A DNA stretch of 64,000 nucleotides, from NCBI RefSeq assembly GCF_006345805.1, contig NC_042999.1:81716001-81780000 (forward strand), given 5' to 3'. The translations under genes were made by a program, and so were the position numbers. Source of the stretch: Octopus sinensis. Lineage: Eukaryota. Below are positions 54,101 through 64,000 of the stretch, in pieces; the first letter of the stretch is position 1; the number at the start of each line of letters is the position of its first letter. The notes under the pieces are model-generated. The model made no database searches. It was not told the origin of the DNA and saw only the letters and a list, made by a program, of their open reading frames with translations.

Positions 54101-56765
54101 TAGCACCAAAGTATCTCTCCTCTATGATCAAAGTACTTCTCACCATAATCGACCGTTAGGTTTTACAAAACTTTGAGAAAGTAAGGTTTGTTTTGCGGGT
54201 GATGTGACTGCTGGTTTTAGCAATTTGAGTTGCAATGAGCTTCAAACGAATTCGCAAAAATGTAACATTTCTAGACAATATCTATAACGGGCTTATCCCA
54301 CCGAGAACATTTCCGGTTACCTTTTTGTACCCCATCGCATTTCCTCAGTCTCGGACAATTGTACTTGATTATGCGTAAAGCTACATAGGGAAAGATGTTA
54401 ACAAGGGTGCCGAGAAAACACATTCCATCTGGAAATAATGTTTGACATTATTAGATACATAAGGAACGCAAATATATTATGAAGTCCGTATCTTAGCAGA
54501 GACTAATGAACGAATTTTGAAAACTTAATAACAGTAGGTAATTGCGATTATGAACAAAAACAATTTTAAATTTTATATTTCTTAACAATGAATGTAACAA
54601 AATTTACGAAGTAAAACTTATCACAAGCAATCCCCATTATGTGGTGGAGTTAATTAAAAGCCTCACGTAGTGAAGGTTTAAAGAAAAATAGTAAGTTCAG
54701 TCGCACGTAACATCATAAATGTTATGGGACAGAACATTAAATGAAGTGAAACGAAAAAGAAAACTATTAAAGTAATGATTATTTCTATTCAAGAAAAGTA
54801 CAGATGACAATGTAGAAATGTAAGTTTATTGAAATTATATGTGAAATGTTGTTCTTTGGGCATCAGAAATTTGACAAGTATAACTACAAGTCATGTTTAA
54901 TCCTTATAATACCTGAACAGACAAGCGTAGCTTTTAGCACATCTTAAGGTGATAATGTAGAGTGAACGTACACATAAATGCGTGGATGTTTCAAATAATA
55001 AAGATGTGAAATTGCTCATGGATATATTCTACATAACAATTAAGAATGATAATGGTGACGAGTAATCAAGTACTTGATTACCATAACTGTACAATAACAA
55101 ATTCATGAAGCTGAATGGTAAAGCACACTTCGGCTGAAATGTGAACGCTTACGATAAAGAGCCGTAACGGAATACGTTTATAGAGGTAATTTGTGATGGG
55201 AATGATCTACTGAATGGTATTTTCTAAATTGTTTCGTGTCTTCATTAGAAAACATATTGAAAATGTTGTTTTCAGAGTTGAATCTATGAATGTGCATTGA
55301 TTAAATGCTCTAAACTATATCATTTTGTATCTGCCTTTACTACGTTCAAATGACACTACAATTAGTGCTGATGTCTATGCCTAATCGAATAATAAGCAAT
55401 GATACAAAGCGTATTTTACAGTCAGGTTCAACAAATCAACATTTCCATTGCATATCTATGATTCGCGCCACCGTTTTGAATTATTATTCACTTATAGTAA
55501 ATGATTCCAAACATTTGCGTCGTTGTTCGATGGAAAATTATGTTTATGTACCAAACCATAGGAGTGTAGTTGTGTAGTATTCCTTCATTTTTTGAGCATC
55601 GGCATTTTAACAAAAATAATACAATATTTATGTACCTATAGAAAATCCCATTAAAGCTTCATGCTAATACATTCATAATGCTTTGTATATCATCGATTAT
55701 AATAACTATCAATAAATTTATAAATTCAAATATTTTGCTACCGCCGTTGGAATATTCCTTGTCACAAAGCAGAAGATTCATTCCTTAGGTATGCTTTTGA
55801 ATAACCGGGTTAATTCAGTTGAGAGGTGTTTTTCTTACATCCTGTTTGATAAGTCGTTGAATTCGTTTCAACTCAACTATTTTTGTAATTTCAGAGAACT
55901 CTAGCGAACATTCTGCAGAAACTTTAAATATATAGTTAGTAATATCCGTTATTGAGTTTCACAGTATGGAGTAATTGTATACTACACATGGCATCCCTAA
56001 GCTGCGTAAAATGCGATTAGCTTTGTTCCGAATTAATAAGAATGTCGAAGTAATAGTGCGAAGAAACTCCAGGGATCCCAATAACTGAATTTATTTATCT
56101 CAGTCTTCACGGATTGCTATACACTCTTAATAAACACGTAGAATATAGTGTTGTAGAGTAATATATTAAAATTGCGGCTCAACAAATCCATAATACAGTT
56201 TCAAAACCCAACGGTAGAAACAAAGTTCCAGCTTACGTTCTTTGCAATTACTTCAGAAGAGAGTCTAACACCATAATGTGCAAGACTTGTATTTTATATC
56301 TTTTCACATTTCATATTTGATATGTGTCTCATAAACGGTTTATAGATGAAAGAATACGAAATGTCAAATATCAGCAACGGAAAAGAAATATAGTACAAAA
56401 TGCATTTTGCGATATTTATGATTCAACATAGATATTATTTTTAGGATGTATAATAAGATAGAAAACATAGGATGCAAAATAGGCTATACACACTTCCTAC
56501 GAAAATTGGTTTCATTGTTACTGCCAATAAATAGATATTATCTAATTCCGAAATGCAATTTAGGTATTCAAAACACCAGGAAGCACATCCGCACAGGATA
56601 GGATTTGAATCCGGGATTTATTTGTATAACATTAAAAAAAATGTTAACACAATGTGTATAGTGTTTCAAACTATGAAACGCTGAGGCGAGAATTATATCA
56701 GGCATTTCCTTATTCCCATTCAGGATGTAAATCCTTTGAAACCCATAAAAAGTTACTGTGTGTAC

Positions 56766-56810
<45 letters not shown>

Positions 56811-57073
56811 TATATATTATTCACTATTTGGATATCTAAATCTCTTATGGGAATAGATTTATCCAGGATATGTTGGTTTAATATACTATATTTTGTAGAG
56901 ATATTTCTTCAATAAATATATTACAACACATCAAATATTATCAATAAGTTTGGAAATGGAAAGATTAAGTTGATATAAATTACTTTATTAATTAATATTA
57001 CCTACAATTGTTTCACGTCACACCCAATTTAAGTTACAATGCATATATAATGGTATAAGTTTGCATTTTGAAG

Positions 57074-57127
57074 ACCCTGGCTAGAGGATCATCAGGGGAA
57101 AATGGACATCACAGACGTAACATTTTG
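57074..57127 (+). other. Candidate 54-nt exon
   Basis: ttgcattttgaag acceptor and gtaagt donor at 57128; a GC-richer island in very AT-rich DNA. Two frames are open: TLARGSSGENGHHRRNIL or PWLEDHQGKMDITDVTF. Confidence 0.45.
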
Positions 57128-57672
57128 GTAAGTTGAAATACTCCAACACACTAAGCACATTCAAGCGTATTTATTTTGTTTGTGTGCGCGTGATTGTGTG
57201 TGTAAGTATGTGTATGTGTGCATGCGGCAATATTTTATTTTTATAAACATGGATATCCATGTTTTGTAAAAATACTATTATTTCATTTTTATTGTATTCT
57301 TTTATTATTATTAATATATTTCATTATTTTCATTATTTATTATTAATCTAAATTTTCATACTTTATGTTAATCTTATATACTTTCACTCATTATTATTGT
57401 ATTTAAATTAAAAAAATACTAACACATGCACACCCACACACACACACATACACAATTAAGCATCTGCTTAATTTCTTGGAGTATTTCAACTGATCAAAAT
57501 GCAACTCCGTAATGTCGATTTTGCTCAGAAGATCTTCCACCAAGGATATTGAAACTGCAATCCTATATTATTATATATGTTCTGTAATTTAAATTCGGTG
57601 TAAAGTGAAGCAGTAGTTGGCAATATTAATTAATTAATTTATTTATACCCATTGAATCACTCCATTTTGAAA

Positions 57673-57790
<118 letters not shown>

Positions 57791-58095
57791 GTATGAATGT
57801 ATGTATGTATGTATGTATGTATGTATGTATGTATGTATGTATACCACAGCCTGGACCTTGAAGACGGCTATGACGCATGAACGTATACTAGTCCCTTAAT
57901 ATTTTATATTCAAAATTTCATCTATTCAATAAGATAATCAATACTTCATTTCATTTTACTATATGTATATTATTTATACTATATATTCTATATTCTACAT
58001 TAATATTATAAAGAATATAAATAAACCATAAAGAATAGACTTGTAATTTCTTTGAATAATATTTATCCCTCTATACACAATCATGCAAACCCCTC

Positions 58096-58131
<36 letters not shown>

Positions 58132-59848
58132 CACACCACACACCTACATGCACAAACTCTCACACAATTATGTATGTATGAATATTATGGCATTCATTGG
58201 CCTCCGTACATGATTTGGATGTTGGTTTTGCGCATAAGCATCTCCACTTTTTATGAAAACCCGTTACGATTATTTTATTCATCACTACACATAACAAAAT
58301 CACTACGAAACGACAATTAAATGAAACCTAAACAAAAACTAATATATACAAATGTTCACTAAAGTGCCAGAGAAATGACACAGACCATATTGAGTTATGA
58401 TGACCTGCCAATGTCATTACTTTTTGTAATTCAGGATTGATGGTGAAGATCTAACAGCCTTGACACGTAAATTCCTGTGTTGTATTGTTGCATATTATTA
58501 TGGAAAGACCAGTTTGGACAATTGAACAGTATTTCATTTCACGCATGACATTTCGACTGATATTCCATTACCCACCTGGCCTGGAATATCATATCGAATC
58601 GTCATTATACGCCTCAATTGACATGATTTCATGGGATTTCATTACACGCCCGATAGGCTTTTGGTAGTTGATCAGATCAAAATGTTGTATTTCCTTTCTT
58701 CTCGTTTCTTGTTACGATAGAAAGGGCCAGCAATGGTAACATTACTTTCAATACTAATATGATACCCAACACCACCTCCACTATAATAGCAGTGATATTT
58801 AGACGATTCAGATTACCAAACATCGTTGATATAAAGAAGCGTTAAAAACAAATAGGAATAAACACAATGCAATATTCTGAGTGATTATTTTTTTAAGCAA
58901 GAATAACAAAATATACAGAGTTTATATTTGCCTAACGTTTTTAGGGTTAATCGATGATATAAAGAAACAAAATGGAAACAAAATACACATATTTTAGATG
59001 AATTGCATGATAAAAACTGCAGTCTAAATATTATGACGGAAAAAAATAGATAAATCAAAAGCAATAATGTCATTTTGAAACGTCTAAATCAATATATATA
59101 TCTGAATTTACAACACCATTACATGACTGAATAAATAAAAAATTCAGAATATTTTTATGTATCTGATTGGCACTTCTTATCTACCGTACCTATTTTCATC
59201 CCCCATCACACACTCTAGTTTGCTTTTGCACGCTCTCTCTGTCGCTTTCTTTCTTTCGTTTTTTCTCTCTCTCTCCCTCCTTCCCTCCTTTCTCTCTCTG
59301 TATATAACTATATATATACATATATGCATACACGTACATATAGATATGCGTGTGTATGTGCGTGTGTATTGTGTATGAGTGTGTGTGTGTATTTTGTGTG
59401 TGCGTATATGTGTGTGTGTGTGTGTGTACAACATAACGTAAATCAGAACAGACATTAGGCTGTATAACGTGGGTTAATTATGTAAATGTGTGTGCCTGGG
59501 TGTGTGTGTCTCTGTGTGAGTGTATGTGCCTCTGTGTGAGTGTGTGTGCAAGTGTGTACGAGTGTGTGTATTAGTGTATATGCGAGTGTGCGCGCGCGCG
59601 AAGCCTCATTAGTTGAAGTCTACGAAATAAAACGTGGTAAGATGAAGAGCTATGAGTGTTTAAAGAGTAGATGATAGTAGAAGGTATATGAACAGTCAAC
59701 TGCTGAGAGCAACGAGTATCATTGTATTGCCAAAAAGAAAAAAGAAATGGAGACAGTATGCTTATAAGCCAGAGTTTAGATAGTATCTACACCTGCAATT
59801 ACGAAACAAGTCGGGTGGGTGTTTTTGCTTTTTTTGCTGTCCGTCTAG

Positions 59849-59857
59849 AATGAAATT
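59849..59857 (+). other. Candidate 9-nt microexon AATGAAATT
   Basis: Preceded by gtttttgctttttttgctgtccgtctag and followed by gtgagt. Confidence 0.45.
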
Positions 59858-60441
59858 GTGAGTCGCTGTCGCGTCGTTCCAAGTATTCTAATTTCTTGAC
59901 AAATTTGAGTTTTGTTTTGTCAGCAGTGTTAGCGGGGCTCAGCAACTTTAGTGAGAAGCCAGTCTTTTGGATGTTGCCTTAAATATCTTCAAGATACGTG
60001 TGCTTTAATTAGTAGAAATTACCTGTTACATGGAATCCAAAACAGGTTGGGGCTGTGAAGGCTTTCGGTGATTGATGTCTTGTGCAATAATTAGTGCAAC
60101 TAGGTTCTTTAGAATATGTAAGCGTTAAATTTTATTTATTTATTTATTTTCTTACTGTAATAATACATGGGTCTGTGATGATCCATAATAGAGGTACATA
60201 AGGGTTGCCGTCTCAGCTCGGTGCAGGTTTGGCATGTGATATGTGATATTCATTCATGTGTCCAGGGATTTATTATACAGAGAGAGAGCTATTATGTGCC
60301 CATTCAAAGAATTTTGAATTAAAAGAAAAAAAAAGAATTCTGAAGATACATTCTGCAGCTTGTAATACAGCATAATTATACGCGCCTGTATGTGCTTGGG
60401 TGATGTGGGAATGTATACGTACATATATGTTAATATGACTT

Positions 60442-60551
<110 letters not shown>

Positions 60552-60753
60552 TATATATATATATATTATATATATATATATATATATATTATGTATATAT
60601 ATATATACAAATATACACATATATATGTGTGTATGTACGTATGAATGTATGCGTGCGTGAATGTGTTTTTGTATGTATCTATCTATCTATTTATCTCTTT
60701 ATATACACACACACATATATATACATACATACGTATATATATATATATATATG

Positions 60754-61814
60754 ATAAATTAATAAATAATTAAAACATATGCATATATACATACATATAT
60801 GTACGTACCTACGTCTACATGTATATATACATGCATATATGGGTACAGGACACCAAGGAAACATCGAACACAATAAGAAACGAAAAAATAGAATACAGGA
60901 CATACAAAACAAGGAAAATTACCCTTCTTCAGTCGCCTTTGTTTCATCTACTTCACGTTTCGAAGGTCAAGGCGATACATGACTTTAATGAAACAATCCA
61001 TCCCGCGAAAATCAAATTAAATAAAATTTGAGATTTTTTGCGGAGGGGTAAAAATGGTAACAAAATCAGGACAGTAACGACAGTACAAAATATAAACAGT
61101 AAAAGACAGGACAAGGAGAATAACAGTAACACAAACAAGAAGGGCTGTTAAGCCGAACGAGATAAAATTTTTACGAACGCTATTTTTTGACAACGGCGAG
61201 GGAGCAACAGATGTGCTGTCTCTACTTGAAGGTAGCTAGGAGAAGAAAGACAGTAGCAGATTTCTCGTCGCGGGTCAACGACGGGAGGGAGGAGGAGGAG
61301 TAAGAGAAAGGAAGAGAAAAAAGGGAATGGTTGTAGAGAAAAGAATTCAGATTGAGAGAGAGGGGGGGAGAGACAGTAAAGTAGAAGAAAGAGAAAGCCA
61401 AAAGAATGAAGGCTGAGAAAGGGATGGGGAGAGAAAGGTTAAGAGTGCGCACCTTTATTAATATTAAGAACAATTTTACTTAGAAATGGATGCGTGCGTT
61501 CCGTCATATAATAAATTAATAAATAAATAAAACGTATGCATATATACATACATATATGTACGTACCTACTTCTCCATGTATATATATACATGCATATATG
61601 GGTACAGGACACCAAAAAAATGTCGAACACAATGAGAAACGAAAATATAAAAACAAAAGCAAGGAAATGGACATTTTTCTTAAACAACGAAAAAATAGAG
61701 TACAGGACATACAAAACAAGGAAAATTCCCTTTCTTCAGCCGCGTTTGTTTTATCTACTCCACGTTTCGAAGGTCAAGGCGATACATGACTTTAATGAAT
61801 CAATCCTTCCCGCG

Positions 61815-61816
<2 letters not shown>
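60754..61816. repeat. Direct repeats (60754-61009 and 61511-61816) flanking a purine-rich spacer
   Basis: Both copies share catgcatatatgggtacaggacacc ... cacgtttcgaaggtcaaggcgatacatgactttaatga. Confidence 0.85.
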
Positions 61817-61866
<50 letters not shown>

Positions 61867-62027
61867 TGTATGTATGTATGTATGTATGTATGTATATATG
61901 TATATACATAAAAATGCATATATATGTATATGAATAGATCTGGTTCGTAAGCAAGCTAGTTAACACAGCCACTCCTAAGCCTATTTATTTATCTATCTAT
62001 ATTGCTAGATAGATAAATATATTTATA

Positions 62028-62424
62028 GGCGCAGGAGTGGCTGTGTGGTAAGTAGCTTGCTAACCAACCACATGGTTCTGGGTTCAGTCCCACTGCGTGG
62101 CATCTTGGGCAAGTGTCTTCTGGTATGGCCCCGGGCCGACCAATGCTTTGTGAGTGGATTTGGTAGACGGAAACTGAAAGAAGCCTGTCGCATATATGTA
62201 TATATATATATGTGAGAGTGTTTGTGTGTCTGTGTTTGTCCCCCCCCCAGCATTGCTTGACAACCGATGCTGGTGTGTTTATGTCCCCGTCACTTAGCGG
62301 TTCGGCAAAAGACACCGATAGAATAAGTACTGGGCTTACAAAGAATAAGTCCCGGGGTCGATTTGCTAGACTAAAGGCGGTATTCCAGCATGGCCGCAGT
62401 CAAATGACTGAAACAAGTAAAAGA

Positions 62425-62426
<2 letters not shown>
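62028..62426 (+). mobile_element. Full-length tRNA-derived CORE-type SINE
   Basis: Head ggcgcaggagtggctgtgtggtaag, B-box-like gggttcagtccc, CORE-like cttgggcaagt, internal (TA/TG)n, and 3' tail ggcggtattccagcatggccgcagtcaaatgactgaaacaagtaaaagag. Confidence 0.92.
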
Positions 62427-62473
<47 letters not shown>

Positions 62474-64000
62474 TATATAATAAAAGGGTCAAATCAATTA
62501 ATAATTAATTAATTTCACTAAGTAGTGTTCAGTATGTAAAAGGACCATTCAAGGTATATTCAAAATATTACGTTATATAATTAGGGCTCAGTAAAATAAT
62601 TTACTTTACCACATACTGTAAATTGTTTCGGTATATATACATATATATATATAAATGTACATATATATGTGTATATATATATGAGTAATTGTACACACAT
62701 GTATATAAATTTCTCTACGCATATGTAGCTTTATATATTCTCATACATCTATTGATATACTTATACAGCTGTCAGTTCTTAACAATACACGCCTACACAA
62801 CTACGGTCGTTAAGATGCTATATACAGCTAAATTTATCATTCTGATGTTCAGATATTCCTTAAATATCATGCTATCATACATCGCCAAACCAAGACTAAA
62901 ACAAGAAGAGACCGGACAAAACATGGTATATCTAACGGACAGAAATTCTATAGGCCAAAAATGGTGTAAAGCACTGTTCTTTGAGAAAGATACTACAAAT
63001 ATTCTTTACAATACCATTCAACTAAAAACTTACAAATTACTTGATTTGATAGCATAATATCCTATATAACTTAACCAAAAATATTGTATGGAATCTCACG
63101 CGAATAACGTCTAGTAAACAGTTCACACAAACGAGAAACAACAACATAAAAAGACGTAGAAATGTTTCCGACAGCACACAAATTGAACGAAGTAAGCAAA
63201 TGTACACCTGAATATATAAGAGTCAAATACCTTACCAAGTAAACTGGATAAAGATTTAAGTATTTAAGTTCTAGCATTGCAAGGTTCTCAACAATAGAAA
63301 TATTCACCTTGTCCCACCGGTAGAATATATATCGCTAAAATAAGCAAATTAATCCTTGGTGAAATCATTAGTAGTATATACCCATAATCTAACCTTATTT
63401 TACGATGCCTCATTGTTCATTAACCGCTCACTAATTGTGATAATATGTAACTAAATACGTTTATGCTGCTTACGGTTAATTTAGTGATACACCATAATAA
63501 CCAAGGTCCTGCATTGAAAGTACAACGAGAAGATAACATACATTAAGGTTATTTACAGACTTACATATTCCAAGATCAAAAATTTCAACATAATTTGAGA
63601 TTGATACGGCCAGGCTTATTTTTACATCCGATAATATCGATGCCACACTGCTGCACTGATTTTATGCAGCTTATATACATTGTATAATATACAGCAAACC
63701 GTTTTCCCAACACAATATCCCCATTAAATATTCAAACCTGAAATAATATATTCCAAGCTTCCTTCCAGGTTTAATGACCGAAAGATATTTGTTCGCCAGT
63801 TTTCACCGTCAAAAAGACAGTTGCTTAAAGCAAAGATTATTTAGAATATTCAATAGAAGTAACGTTAAACTTAGTTACAAAAACATACTTTTCTTCTGCA
63901 CAAAAATAAGCATCAGGAAACAATTTTACATCAATTAATCCAACTTTCTACCTCATTTGCACTTGCATAAATATCAGATAATAGTTCGTTTGAAAATCTA

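Noticed and set aside
60920-61010. CTGAAGA and GAAACGT motifs on the minus strand of the direct repeats
   Set aside because: They are in the wrong order for a type I hammerhead, and G sits at the cleavage position.
62028-62100. tRNA-like sequence at SINE heads
   Set aside because: No full cloverleaf; the sequence continues into the SINE body, so these are not tRNA genes.
62689-63057. 122-aa ORF
   Set aside because: It starts in low-complexity TA/CA sequence, has no recognisable domain and no splice support.

Overview
This is eukaryotic, AT-rich, microsatellite-dense DNA. The SINE families and repeat landscape look like a coleoid cephalopod, most likely Octopus (inference from pattern recognition, not a search). 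I found no intact protein-coding gene, rRNA, tRNA gene or CRISPR array, and nearly all ORF-track entries are microsatellite artefacts. The window is mostly decayed mobile DNA: a Penelope-like GIY-YIG remnant, two CR1/L2-group LINE RT fragments, RTE and L1/Tx1 fragments, two R4/Dong-like fragments beside triplet arrays, five mariner remnants, many tRNA-derived SINEs, and palindromic MITE/foldback elements. Four short plus-strand segments with good splice signals (7553-7637, 19588-19636, 57074-57127 and a 9-nt microexon at 59849-59857) suggest the window is mostly intron of an unidentified plus-strand gene. The most notable signal is a set of type I hammerhead ribozyme folds in unrelated non-coding repeats. 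One is a 500-bp unit present as two near-identical, inverted, circularly permuted copies (30122-31177; retrozyme or Penelope pLTR-like). The others are a clean fold at 14039-14089, a candidate G3:C8 core-swap variant at 32621-32670, and a degenerate fold at 21301-21336. All alignments and folds were done by eye, and none of the ribozymes has been tested.
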